The translations under genes were made by a program, and so were the position numbers. A DNA stretch of 64,000 nt from Octopus vulgaris (Eukaryota): contig OX597818.1 of the NCBI GenBank assembly GCA_951406725.2, forward strand, positions 80,290,001 to 80,354,000, written 5' to 3'. Below, piece by piece: positions 13,871-26,985 of the stretch; within the stretch, counting starts at the first letter, position 1, and each line of letters begins with the position of its first letter. A model generated the notes under the pieces. That model saw only the letters and a program-made list of their open reading frames with translations. It searched no databases and had not been told where the DNA came from.

Positions 13871-16183
13871 TCTCTTCTACTTTTTGATTATCATAAATTT
13901 TCCACTTAAGAGGGAGCCGGTTTCCAACAAAGATACAAGGTTCCATCTCTGGGATGTAGTTAACACAGACAAACTCACATTTGGAACTTAAGAAAAGTCT
14001 TGCATATTTTTACTGTTTCACTCAGCTTATACTTGAAATGTACGAATCAGCCGGTCTATTTCTCTTTCTGAAAACCCCAGCTTTTCCAGATTCTCCTTTA
14101 AGAATTTACTAACAAAACCTAGTGCTCCAATTATTATTGATACCAGGGGCGGACTGAGCCGTCGGTCAATCGGACACTGCCCAAAGGGACGGAGCTCTGA
14201 GAGGCTCGCACTCTACATGTAAACTCTACTAAAACACACATTCAACGGGGCCCGGTAAATAGTTATGTTCGAGGGCCCTTAATACTCTCAGTCCGTCCCT
14301 GATTGGTATGAATATGAATTCAGTCTGGATACAGAAGCTGAACGTTTCGAAGCAGTTCTGGATAGAGAAGCTGGAGCTTTTGAAGCAGGTGTTTTCGAAG
14401 TAGTTTTTCTTTGATTTTCAAAGAGATATTTATATCTGCAGGGCAGCTGACCTCTATGATGGTACATACCTTTGCTCCGCTGTCCCAAACAACAATATCC
14501 GGCCTGTTATGCTTACATCTGACAGAAGTTTTGATGGAAATATTCCACCAGTATTCCTTGAGTTGATGTTTATGAATGTATTCCATAACAGAGGGATTTT
14601 CAGTTTATTTCAGGGCAGTCTTTTTTGTAGATGGTATTGTAAACTGTTTTAGCAACAACATCGTGCCGCATAAGGAGGTAGTACCGTGACGACATTTTAG
14701 GACAGCTGCTAATCACATGCGTGATATCTTCCACAGAAACATGACATAGCCTACACATGCGTTTGCAGCTTGAGATTACAAGAGCGTCACTGTCTCTCTT
14801 GTTCACGAGGTACTTTGTGGCAATCTCCTGTACCTGGATTTTAAACGCATAGCCTTCAAAGTGTAATGTGATGTAGTGGTCTTGTGCCCAAGAGAGGCTG
14901 CGTTTCGTGTCAGTTCTACTGTCTTCTTCAAGCTTCCGGGCAACATACCCATGCATAGTCTTTTTTTGTATGCTGAGTGCTTTCCATCCAAGTCTTCTCT
15001 GAGGTGAGAGAGCCCTGCTGTTTTGGGGCTGTCCAGGAGATCATCAGGTAGAGAGTGTTTCTTGAGGATCTCACTGCCAACTAGTACAATGTTGCTCACT
15101 TCACTTTTCAGCACTACATTTATATATTTATTTTTGTTGCAGTCGTTTAGCAGGAGTTGCCTTAGTGACACCATACGGCATTCAAAGCCCGTCTGCACTG
15201 ATCTCAGGCCTATACCACCTTCATTTCTTTTTAGGTAGAGCCTGTCAACATCACTGTTGCTGTGGAAGTTCCCAGCTGTTGTCAGGATTTTGCAGGTTTT
15301 TATATCTATGGAGTGGATTTCCTATACAGACCAATCAGGTATCCCAAATGTTGGGATCAACACTGGTACTGTAAATGCATTGTGGGATATTGTTTTGTTG
15401 TAAGGGGAGAGTTCCGACTGCCATATTTTCCTAAGTCTGGTGTAATATTCTCGGGTCTCTCTATCTTTATTCACAGTGCCTTCATATGATACATTTTCGT
15501 CTATGCCCAGGTACTTATAACATTCTTTGTGTGGAATGGGGTAGATAGAGATACCGTTGATGCACAGGTTTGGGGTTTGGGAACTGAGGTTCTGCGATCT
15601 TTAACCAAATATGAACATTTCTTTTGGCCAAATTCCATACCTATATCAGCTGAAAATGTTGCTATCAATTCCAGTTGCTTTTTGGCATTGTTAACACTTT
15701 TAGAATACACCTTGAGGTCGTCTACAAAGAAATTATGAGTTACATTGATATTTCTAGCAGTTGAAGATCCTAGCATGTAACCATTTATTTTCTGCAGTAA
15801 GAACGATAATGGATTCAGTGCCAAAATGAAAAGAAGAACAGTAAGACTATCTCCCTGGAATATTCCCTTTGAAATGCCTATATTATCAGAAACAATTATT
15901 CTCTTCTCAGTTGTAAGGGTAAGAACTGTTGTCCATGTCTTTGTGAGTTTCTCTATAACAGCAATTAAAGTAGTAGGTACTTTTGCCAGATGAAGGCACT
16001 TCAACAGCTATGAATGAAGGATAAATTCGAACGCCTTTCTACAGTCAAGCCATACTGTCACAAGGTTTCTACGTAGTTTTCTTACTTCAGATAGTACAAC
16101 TTTGTTTATCAAATGTTGTTCGGCACATCCCCATATTCCCTTCTTTCCACCAGCCTGTTCATCAGTCATAATGTTGTTCGACT
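13871..16183 (-). mobile_element. 5'-truncated R4/Dong-like non-LTR retrotransposon (RT, CCHC, restriction-like endonuclease), pseudogenised
   Basis: EQAGGKKGIWGCAEQ; GIFQGDSL; HNFFVDDLK; CRLC..EDITHVISSC..RHD; RPDIVVWD..IIEVSCP; ends in (CATA)n. Confidence 0.88.
14144..14301. mobile_element. hAT-type MITE (158 bp) inside the LINE
   Basis: TIR CAGGGGCGGACTGAG / CTCAGTCCGTCCCTG; 8-bp TSD ATTGATAC/ATTGGTAT. Confidence 0.85.
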
Positions 16184-16813
16184 CACATATCCTTCAAAGT
16201 GTAATGTGATGTAGTGATCGTGTGTCCAAGAGAGGCTGCACTTCGTATCAATTCTACTATCTTCTTCAAGCTTTCGGGCAACATACCCATACATAGTCTT
16301 TTTTGTTTTTTACATTCTGAGTGCTTTCCATTCAGGTCTTCTCTGAGGTAGGAGAGCCCAGCTGTTCTGGGGCTGTACAGGAGATCATCAGGAAGAGAGT
16401 GCTTATGTATGTATGTATGTATGTATGTATGTATGTATGTATGTATGTATGTATGTATGTATGTATGTATGTATGTATGTATGTATGTCATTGTTCAGCT
16501 TTATTTCAAGATTTATAACCAATAGAGAAAGAGCCGGTTTCTAACATAGATTCAAGTTTCCTTCATTGGAATTTCAACATCAACAACAGAGTAATTTGTT
16601 TGTATGTATGTATATGTGCAGATCTGTATGTTTTGTTTTATGTATGTATTTTTATGCATCTGTATGCCTATCTAGACATGCTCATATGTATTTAAATGAT
16701 AAACTTTTGGAAGGTTTTACAGATTTTTACAGTTCCAGTGATGGATTGGATCTGTAGTCTTCGAATTAGCTTACTCCTTTCTGGTTTTGAGAAGCCTAAT
16801 TTCTTAAGATTAT
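16184..16813 (-). mobile_element. Further fragments of the same LINE group separated by (TATG)n
   Basis: 16184-16404 is a diverged copy of ~14848-15060; 16489-16590 resembles the 3' UTR (GAGCCGGTTTC.AACA); 16692-16813 encodes LQIQSITGTVKICKTFQKF. Confidence 0.8.
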
Positions 16814-16994
16814 GCATACATACATGCATGTATGTATGTATGTATGTATGTATGTATGTATGTATGTATGTATGTATGTATGTATGTATGTATGTATGTA
16901 TGTATGTATGTATGTATGTATGTATGTATGTATTTGTATACATATATATGAATATATATGCATTTATATATATATATATATATGTATATATATA

Positions 16995-17320
16995 CTAGCA
17001 GCATAGCCCAGTGTTGCCCGGGTATGTAAGAACCCCTAGTAGGCAACGATTTGCGGCTGCAGCTGCGATTAGCAGAAGTATGCTAAGGTTATGTTGTCTA
17101 GTCATGTTTTCTCTCGTTGACTGCTTGAAGTGGCGGAATTTATAATTTTTTTCAGAACTGGGGGAACTTTTCAAAATTTTCGCTGCGTTAGTTTTGAATT
17201 ATGACATTGGGCTATGTGTGTGTCAAGTTGCATCAGAATCTGTTGAAAGCCGTGGTCAGGGTGAGGGTACAACCTGACAGACACACAGACAGACAACCTG
17301 TCTTTTATTATATAGAGAAG

Positions 17321-17321
<1 letters not shown>
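16995..17321 (-). mobile_element. Non-autonomous Helitron
   Basis: 5' TCTTCTCTATATAATAAAA; 3' hairpin CCCGGGCAACACTGGG then CTAG; inserted between A and T in (TA)n. Confidence 0.85.
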
Positions 17322-17352
<31 letters not shown>

Positions 17353-17380
17353 TATATATATATACATATGCATACATATG

Positions 17381-17423
<43 letters not shown>

Positions 17424-17438
17424 GCATACATATGTATG

Positions 17439-17476
<38 letters not shown>

Positions 17477-17488
17477 TATATGTATATA

Positions 17489-18053
17489 TTGGGTTGTCCG
17501 GAAAGTTTGTGCCGATTTATAGTAGCTTATCTTTCGACTTATTTTAGAACATGGTTGAGTCCACAAAATAGGATTTGACTACACCTCCATTTAGAGCACA
17601 GTTTAAGCTATCTTTTCGTGGAAGAAAGTTTATGTTCCTATAACCTGTGTTAATTCTGTAACCCTTTAAATTGGTAGATTAGAAAGTTCATTTTCGGCAC
17701 TTGATGCTTTGGGAACCAGACAAAAATTGCTGCAGCTCAGCTGGGATGTGTTACCCCACCCTCCATATTCACCAGATATTGCTCCTTCGGATTTCCACTT
17801 ATTCAGGTCTCTGCAGAATAGTCTTAATAGTAAAAATTTCAATTCCGTGGATGACGTAAAAAGATACTTTGATGAATTATTTGCCATGAAACCACCTTAA
17901 TTCTGGGAAGAGAGTATTTTCAAGTTAAAGGAAAGATGGGGATGCATTGTGCAACAAAATGGTTCATATTTGGTTGATTAAAAATGTAATGGCAAGTATT
18001 TATTGACCTTTTCTTTCCTTTAAAATTCGGCACGAACTTTCCGGTCAACCCAA
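17489..18053 (+). mobile_element. mariner internal-deletion derivative
   Basis: TIRs TTGGGTTGTCCGGAAAGTT / AACTTTCCGGTCAACCCAA, TA TSD; WDVLPHPPYSPDIAPSDFHLF. Confidence 0.92.
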
Positions 18054-18070
18054 TATATATATATATATAT

Positions 18071-20301
18071 AACCTAAACCTGTCGACACCACAAATAAAA
18101 ATCCTTTCAAGAGGACTAAAATTCACCCCAACTCCACAATACCCTAACCTGAGGGAAATACAGGATGACATCTCACACTTTTGCAGAAAATTACGCCTCA
18201 CAGAGGAATTTTTTGACAGGAAAACTAATAATAACGACGAATCAATGGTCTGTAACAAAAGCAACTATAATCCCATAAAAGGCAAAAACAAAACCTTAGA
18301 CAAATTTTGCGATTACATCTCCAACTTCCCTTATGGTGAACTCCCACAACCTAAACTCAAGCCCAACACCAGTAAAAGAGAATGGGAAATCATCCATACG
18401 CTACGAGACAATCATGACGTCACAATAAAGGAAGCTGATAAGGGTAGTACGGTCGTTGTTATGAATACTGAGCAATATAAAAACTCTGTATCTCTCCTTT
18501 TAGAGGATACCACATACTACGAAAGAGTAGTCGACTACCAGCAATCCAAAACAATGACCAAACTGAAGGCACTCATTTACCAACACCGGAATGACTTGAC
18601 AGCAAAGGAATGCGACTACATTACTAAATTTAATTGCAAAACCAGCACACTCTATGGGCTTCCAAAAATACACAAGAGTCAAATTATCACAGAAGCTTGC
18701 AAAAAGTCCACTTCAACCTGCATCACTATACCACATCCCACTGATCTCAAACTGAGACCAATAGTGGCAGGCCCAAGTTGTGAAACACACAGACTTAGCA
18801 ACTTTATAGATATCATCTTAAAGCCAAAACTGAAACACATTCCAAGTATTGTAAGAGATGACCTGGACCTATTAAATCATCTCCCCAAACATGCCGATAA
18901 AGACACCTTAATCGTTTCTTTTGATGTTATTAATCTTTACACCACAATCCCACATGAATATGGACTGGAAGCCATTAAATTCTGGCTGGATAAATATCCC
19001 AATGAGATCCCGGAAAGAATTAAAAAAGAATTCATAATTGAGGGCCTCAAATTTATTCTGCAAAACAACTTCATGTATTTCCACAACAACACTTACAGAC
19101 AGGTCTCAGGAACTGCAATGGGTACGAAAGTTGCACCTACCTATGCAAACCTGGTGATGGCCTACCTGGAATCACATATCTATGAAAAATCCAAATATAA
19201 GTACGGCCAGTCTTTCCACAAATACCTGTTGGAGAACTGGAAACGCTACTTAGATGATTGCCTCATCCTATGGTCCCACACACTCGACCAACTTATAGAC
19301 TTCAAAAACCTTATCAACAGTGTAAATAACAACATTCAATTCACAATGGAATATAGTCAGGACCAACTCCCTTTTCTTGACATCCTAATCATTAAAAAAG
19401 GCGTCAACATTGAAACTGACATCCATTACAAACCCACTGACTCTAAACAATACCTTCTATTCACCTCCAATCACCCAAAACACACAAAGACAAATATCCC
19501 CTTCAACCTAGCGAGAAGAATCTGCACTATTGTCTCAAATGACACAACACGAAATAGAAGACTCCGGGAACTAAGGGCAATTCTTCTCGAAAGACATTAC
19601 CCGGCATCACTAGTAGACAACGGAATAGAACGGGCCAAATCAATCAACATTCAAGACCTACGAAAACCCAAACACATCCACAGTACAGTAAATAGCCTCC
19701 CCTATCTCTCAACACACAACCCAAGGAATGCAGAAGCTTACACTATTATATACAACAACATTCCACAACTAAATCAAGACCCACGCCTGAAAAAAATACT
19801 GGCAGCTCATAAAATAATAAAAAGTAAGAGACAACCTAAATCCCTAAAAAACCTCTCACCAACGCAAAATTACACAACACAAACCCACCGCCCACCATCA
19901 AAAAATGTGGTCGCCCCAACTGAAAGACCTGCATCCACCTCATTGAGGGATCGTCGTACAAGTTCCACTCGGGACACACATTCATCATAAAAAATAATTT
20001 CACGTGCGCATCAAAAAATTTACTCTACGTCATAAGGTGTGAAGGATGCCACGAAGACTACATAGGGCAAACGAGCCTTACCCTCAGAGAAAGAATGACA
20101 GTTCACCGACAACAACTGAGGGACCCCTCCACAAGACAGATACCACTAAGTGGACACTTAGACCTTTGTGCACACAATAAGTCCCCCAAATTCTTAGTCT
20201 TCCCACTATACCAATGCTCGGACAACACCACAGACCAAACACGAATAAATAAGGAAAGTAATCTTATTCAAAAATACAGACCACAACTAAACATACTCTA
20301 A
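18071..20301 (+). pseudogene. PLE reverse transcriptase + zinc-finger linker + GIY-YIG endonuclease; one frameshift (~19850) and an in-frame TGA (19921)
   Basis: Frame is open from 18071: LSRGLKFTPT, ADKGSTVVV, YGLPKIHK, LRPIV, SFDVINLYT, GTAMGTKVAP, RYLDD, LPFLD, HYKPTD; after the shift CGRPN*KTC..FTCASKNLLYVIRCEGCHEDYIGQT..R..H..E..LN. Confidence 0.92.
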
Positions 20302-20454
20302 CATACCCCCTGGAAACACATCCAGAGCAAGCACACAGGGACACGCGCACGCTCACAGCATATCGTGCGGGCGGGCACATGCACGCATCGGCACGCATAG
20401 GACACACTAGCGGGCATTGACCGCACACATACGTGGCATACACACGCATGCATT

Positions 20455-20714
20455 ATATATATGTAGGTTATGTATGTGTGTGAGTGTTGTGTGTGTGTGC
20501 ACGTTGTGTGTGTGTGTGCGCGTGTGTATATATGTGTGTGTGTGTGTGTGCACTGTGTGCGTGTGTGTGTGTATGTGTGTGTGTGTGCGCGCGTTGTGTG
20601 TGTGTGTGCACGTGTGTATATATGTGTGTGTGTGTGTGCACTGTGTGCGTGTGTGTGTGTATGTGTGTGTGTGTGTGAGCATTGTATACGTGTGTATGTA
20701 TTTACATGTGTATT

Positions 20715-20753
<39 letters not shown>

Positions 20754-20955
20754 AGTGTTGTGTGTGTATATGCATGGTATGTGTGTATATGTGAGTACAT
20801 TGTTTGTGTGTGTGTGCGGTATGTAGAGATATATTTGAGTGTGTACGCTATAGGTTTGTAATTTGTGTGTGTGGGTGTGTGTGTGAATTTTTTTTATATA
20901 TACATGTGTGTGTATGTGTGTGAAAAAATATATGTATGTGCATGTATGTGTGTAT

Positions 20956-20993
<38 letters not shown>

Positions 20994-21568
20994 GTATATA
21001 TATATGTGTATGTATATGTGTGTGTGTGTATATTTATTTGCATGTTTATGCGTGTATAAACATGAGCATTATTTGCATGCGCATTGTGTATATGTATATT
21101 GTATGTATGTGTATTGTATATGTATGTGTACAATTAAGTGTATATATGTGTGTGTATGTGTGCATTGTATATATGTATATTGTATGTGTGCCATATGTGC
21201 ATGAATACATGTATATGCATTGCGTGTATATATATGTATGCATTGTGTATGTATGTTATGTGTGTGTGTGTTTATATATATTATATGTATGCGTACGTGT
21301 ATGTGTATGCATTGTATGTATGTATATTGTGTGTATATGTGGTATATCTATGTATGTGTATGTGAACACTATTTATATGTATACATGTATATATGTATAT
21401 GCATTGTCTATATATATATATATATTATATGTATGTATTGCGTACGTATATTGCATGCATATATTGTGTATGTGCATTATATACATGCTGTATTTGTATA
21501 TTGTATGTGTATATATATGCTAGGTGTATTTGTGTGATATTTATATTATGTATGGATGTGTGCGTGTG

Positions 21569-21623
<55 letters not shown>

Positions 21624-21786
21624 TTATATATATGTGTGTATATTATATATAAATACATGTTATATTTGTGTGTTGTGTGTATATATTATATATGTGGGTG
21701 CGTTGTGTGTGTGTGTGTTCTGTGTGTGTGTGTGTGTTGTGTGTATGTGGTGTGTGTTTGTATACTATGTGTGTGTGTGTGTGTTG

Positions 21787-21846
<60 letters not shown>

Positions 21847-21850
21847 GTGT
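20455..21850. repeat. Degenerate (TG)/(TATG) satellite inside the PLE 3' UTR
   Basis: Directly visible low-complexity block. Confidence 0.9.
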
Positions 21851-22281
21851 GACAAACAGACGCTGCTTGACCAGCAGGCACGGACACATCTATTCACACC
21901 CACATACTAACCTCCTGATAACCCCAAAACCATTGATGCTTGAAGGGGAAGTATACACCACACTGGGTACAACCTTTTTTCTCTCAATTCAACCTTTCTG
22001 CTAAAACAAACAGGTCAGTAACAACATATTCTCGCCTTCAACTTAAAATATTCTGAGATGTATAAAAAATCCATTTTAATTTTTGCTGTCAAAAGATTGT
22101 GTATATATATATACCAAAGACTGTATATATATACATGTAATGTGACAATTTGCGACAACCAATAATTAACGCAACCAAATTTCCAATAATATATTTGTTT
22201 TATCCTTTTCTGCCAATTTTTCCAAATATTCTCATCACACTATTGAACTTCTCTGTTACCAAACACTATATTTATACATGT

Positions 22282-22420
22282 AATGTGACAATTTTGTATA
22301 AAAAAACATTTTTGAATTCATAATATCCAATGTGACAATTATGTAAAAAACTTTTTTGAATGCATAATATTCAATGTGACAATTATGTAAAAAACTTTTT
22401 TGAACCCATATTATTCAATG
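22282..22420 (+). repeat. Three ~44-47 bp tandem units in the PLE 3' end
   Basis: AATGTGACAATT at 22282, 22329 and 22373, each followed by an A-run/T-run and TGAA. Confidence 0.85.
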
Positions 22421-22465
22421 TTACTTTTGACAATCTTTTACCAAAGAGTGAAACCGGTTAAGTAA
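22421..22465 (+). ncRNA. Decayed type-I hammerhead ribozyme of the PLE
   Basis: TTACTT-tTGACaA-TCTTT(TACC)AAAGA-GT-GAAA-CCGG-TT-AAGTAA: stems I/II/III intact, two core substitutions relative to CTGACGA. Confidence 0.7.
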
Positions 22466-22539
22466 ATAAACATCGTTTAAATTGCATTTTCAAACCTTTT
22501 TTCTTATATAATCCCACTCGTGCGATACCCCACAACTCA

Positions 22540-22577
<38 letters not shown>

Positions 22578-23100
22578 TAAGGGAGAGTGTATTTAATTAG
22601 GTGAAAGTTCTTTTTTTAAACAAAAAAGAGAAAAATTGGGTTAGAACACAATGTTCATTTTTTGTGGATGATTTCAGTGTATAAGAAAAAAAAGTAAGAG
22701 TCTTTTACAGTGTTCTGTTTCAGAATAAGATATTTAGTAAAAGCGTGTAATATACAGTTTTTTGTGGAAAAGTTCAATGTCAGATTTCAGTGTAGAATAA
22801 AAAAAGTAAGAGTTTACCGGTTGCGCATTTGTTATGCTTATCAAAAGGTATTTTGAGTGAGATATATCAGCTACTTACCACACAGCCACACACACATTCT
22901 TCGGACATATATCTGCATCTGACTCCAAGATAAACAATAACTTGTGAAAAAAGCGCACACTATGCAGACGTTGGGCATGCTAGTAATAGCGGTAAAACTC
23001 CCAAACTTCATACATCAATACCACAGTAACAACAAATACAGAAGTATATTCTTTATCCAAATAGATTTCGTCTAACCTACACACATAGCCTTGTCTAAAT

Positions 23101-23922
23101 ATATATATTCTTTTCTACTCAATGTACAAAGCCCGAAATTTGGGGGGAGGGGGCCAGTCGATTAGATTGACTCCAGGACGCAGCTGGTACTTAATTTATC
23201 AACCCCAAAAGGATGAAAGGCAAAATCGACCTCGGCAGAATTTGAACTCAGAACATAAAGACAGACGAAATACCGCTAAGCATTTCGCCCGGTGTGCTAA
23301 CGTTTCTTATTTCTTTACTGCCCACAAGGGGCTACACACAGAGGGGACAAACAAGGACAGACAAACGGATTAAGTCGGTTATATCAACCCCAGTGCGTAA
23401 CTGGTATTTATTTAAACGACCCCAAAAGGATGAAAGGCAAAGTCGACCTCGGCGGAATTTGAACTCACAACGTAACGGCAGACGAAATACCGCTAAGCAT
23501 TTCGCCCGGCGTGCTAACGTATCTACCAGCTAACCGCCTTTCTAAACATGTATATTATATAGTCCCTGACCAGCAAGAAACAGTAGGCACATCTCCGGTA
23601 AAGCTCACTCTTCGGTCTGACATGAAGGAACATATATGGAACTAGAAATACTGTGCCTGCAGAAGAGTGGGGTGATCAGAAATGGAACGTCTATGGTCAT
23701 ATATTTGCTACATCAGTGATTACCTGATGCTATAAACAACAATAATAAGCCTTTCTGCTATTGGCACAAAGCCAGAAATTTTGTGGGTGGGGCTAGTTGA
23801 CTATATCGAAGTCTGTGCTTGACAAGTGCTTATTTCATGGACCCCGGAAGAATGAAAGGCAAAGTCAGCCTCGGCAGAATTGGAACTCAGAACGTAAAGA
23901 CAGACGAAACAACAACAACAAC

Positions 23923-23955
<33 letters not shown>

Positions 23956-24634
23956 TCTCTCAACTATAGGTGCAAAGTCTGAATTCTTTTGGTGATGGGA
24001 CTAATCGATTACATCGATCCCAGTGATTAACTGGTACTTATTTTATCGACGCCGAAAGGATGAAAGGCAAAAGCAACGTCGGCGGATTTTGAACTCAGAA
24101 CGTAAGTACGAAAGAAAAGTCGCTAAGAATTTTGCCCCTACATGTAATCGATTTTGTCAGTTCGCCGCCTTGCAAATACTAATAATATTGGTTTCAGATT
24201 TTGGAAGAAGTCCAGCACGTTCGGGGAAGGGGTTAACTCGATTACATCGACCTAAGTGTTCAAATGGTGCTTTTTTTTTTTAACCCTAGAAGGTTGAAAT
24301 CGACCTCGGCGGATTTTGAACATGGAACGTAATGCCGGAAGAAATGACACCAAGCGTTTGATCCAGCGTGCTAGCGATTCTGCAAGCTCGTAGCCTTTGC
24401 AACAATAATGGCTTCAAATTTTGGCACAAAGCCAGCAATTTTGGGGGAGTGAGTAAGTCAATGACATCGTCCTCAGTGCTCAACTGGTTCTCAATTTATT
24501 GACCTCGAAAGAATGAAAGACAAAGTTGACCTCAACGGAATTTGAACTCAGAATGTAAGGACGATACACCGCTAAGTATTTTGCTCGGTCTGCTAAAGAT
24601 TTTGCCATCTCGCTGCCTTAATAATAATAATAAT

Positions 24635-24683
<49 letters not shown>

Positions 24684-24970
24684 GCAACAACAACAACAGC
24701 AACAACAACAACAACAACAGCAACAACAACAGCAACAACAACAACAGCAACAACAACAACAACAACAACAACCACACCACCACCAACAACAATAATAATA
24801 AAAATTGTTTTAATTTTTGCCACAAGGCCAGGAGTTTTTCGGGGGAGGGTGCTAGTCGATTACATCGACCCCAGTGTTCAACTGGTACTTAATTTATCGA
24901 CCCCGAAAGGATGAAAAGCAAAGTTGGCCTCGGTGGATTTTGAACTAATGATTGTGCCAGCTCGCCGCCT
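23101..24970 (-). mobile_element. Head-to-tail array of Meta-domain-like tRNA SINEs with (AAT)/(AAC) spacers
   Basis: Repeated ACTGGTACTTA..ATCGACCCCGAAAGGATGAAAGGCAAAGTCGACCTCGGCGGAATTTGAACTCAGAACGTA units in one orientation. Confidence 0.9.
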
Positions 24971-24980
24971 TAATAATAAT

Positions 24981-26076
24981 AGGAAAATGTACACAGGCTC
25001 TACATGAAGAGAGGGAATGGTGGACGTGGGCTGACTAGCGTACGGGAACGCATCAACAGTGAAAGAAGACATATGGCAGAATATTTGGTAAACAGCAAAC
25101 AAGACCTGCTACAGTATGCTGCTAGTGCAGAAGGAGTTAACAAAAATGGACTTAAGAGTGCTCATGAATTCCGAACAAGAACAGCCAACGAAAGGGAAGA
25201 AACCCTACTCTGTATGGAATTAGATGGTCAGTTCCACCGTGAAACAAACAAACTAAAAGACCAGGAAGCATCATGGAGGTGACTCAATAAGGGGGACCTA
25301 AAAAAGAAAACTGAAAGCCTAATAATCGCGGTCCAGGACCAGGCATTAAATACCAACTCAGTGAAAAAGAATATGTACCGCACAAGTGCATCGGACCTCT
25401 ATAGAATGTGTGGAAAGAGGGTCGAAAGTGTGACTCACATTGTTAGTGTTTGTGAAAGTCTTGCGCAGAAAGAGTACAAGCGTAAAGAGGGAAAAGTAAC
25501 CCCAAACCATCACTGGTTACTATGCCGTAAGTATGGATATGAGGTTACGAGTACTTGGTACCAACATGCACTGGAAAAGGTAATGGACGAAAAGGGGAAG
25601 GCAAAAATCCTCTGGGACTTTGATTTCCAGACAGACAAAGTGTTAGAGCACCGATGGCCGGATATAGAAACCTTTAGGAGGGACAAACAAGAGTGCCTAA
25701 TAATCGACGAAGCAGTGCCAGAATCAACACATCGTCATGAAAGAAAGAAAGAGAAAAAGTTGATAAATATGGAGACCGGAGAATTGAGATCGATAAGATG
25801 TGGCAGCTACGAGAGTCGAACATAAAGGTTATCCCTATTGTCATCGGAACACTGGGTTCAATATCACCCAAAATTAAAAAAAAAAACATCTGAAAACCTT
25901 AGAAATACCCTACAATCTAGGTGTATTGCAAAAGTCGGCATTATTTGGAACTGCACGCATATTGCGTAAAGTACTGTCTGTCTAAGGTCCTTGTGACTTG
26001 ACAAACAGTACAAACCCCCGGTAAACGCAATATCTTCAATCAACAACCTCACGATATTGTATACTGTGCCACGTCG

Positions 26077-26077
<1 letters not shown>
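24981..26077 (+). mobile_element. Dong/R4-like LINE 3' fragment in (TAA)n
   Basis: RLYMKRGNGGRGL; ESLIIAVQDQAL; RMCGKRVESVTHIVSVC; ILWDFDFQTDKVLEHRWPDI; VIPIVIGTLG; TAATAATAAT on the 5' side and long (TAA)n on the 3' side. Confidence 0.88.
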
Positions 26078-26131
<54 letters not shown>

Positions 26132-26153
26132 TAAAGATAATAATAATAATGAA

Positions 26154-26213
<60 letters not shown>

Positions 26214-26425
26214 CCTTTCTACTGGAGGCACAAGGCCTCAAATTGGTGGGGTGGGGACTAGTCAATTATATCGACACCAGTGTTTCGCTGGTACTTAATT
26301 TATCAACTCCGAAAGGATGAAAGGCAAAGTCGACCTCGGCGGAATTTGAACTTAGAATGTAGGACGGGTGAAATACTGCTAAGCATTTCCTCCAGCGCGC
26401 TACCAATTCTGCCAGCTCGCCGCCT

Positions 26426-26427
<2 letters not shown>
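26214..26427 (-). mobile_element. Meta-domain-like tRNA SINE
   Basis: Same family as the 23101-24970 array. Confidence 0.88.
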
Positions 26428-26473
<46 letters not shown>

Positions 26474-26515
26474 AACAACTACTACTACTACTACTACCGC
26501 CACCTCCACCACCAT

Positions 26516-26556
<41 letters not shown>

Positions 26557-26985
26557 ATAATAATGATGATGAAAATGATGTTCTATTTCTTCTTATTTCT
26601 TCTTTTACATTCTACCCGTAGAGCAATTGCACCGCCACCACCAACAGCAACACCAACTACAAGATCACTACCAGCAGCAGCACCAGCACCACCACGACCA
26701 ACAACACCCTAACCCTAACACCAGCACCACCAAGAACAACGACACCAACAAGAATGACTCACCGCCATGACCAAGAACAACACCACCAACAGCAACACCA
26801 TCACCACCACCAACAACAACAACACTATAAACAACGGTAGCAACACCACCACCATCACTACCAACGCCAACACCAACACCACCAACAACAACAACACTCT
26901 AAACAACGGCAGCAACACCATCACCACCACCACCACCACCACCACCATCACTACCAACGCCAACACCACCAACAACAACAATCAC
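26427..26985. repeat. (CTA)n and (ACC/AAC)n low-complexity tract
   Basis: Directly visible trinucleotide repeats. Confidence 0.9.

Larger units (their letters stand above)
18071..22543 (+). mobile_element. Penelope-like retroelement (C-terminal GIY-YIG, Neptune-like), 5'-truncated, flanked by (TA)n
   Basis: RT-GIY-YIG ORF, long 3' UTR, decayed hammerhead near the 3' end, (TA)n at both junctions. Confidence 0.88.

Noticed and set aside
21910-21955. SECIS candidate (CTGATAACCCCAAAA..GGGG)
   Set aside because: Lacks the AUGA..AA..GA geometry by eye
23122-24283. Recurring peptide NWYLIYRPRKDERQSRPRRNLNSER
   Set aside because: Antisense translation of a SINE body, not a gene family
23101-24970. 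Repeat-spacer appearance resembling a CRISPR array
   Set aside because: Eukaryotic SINE units of ~150-230 bp with microsatellite spacers; no cas genes
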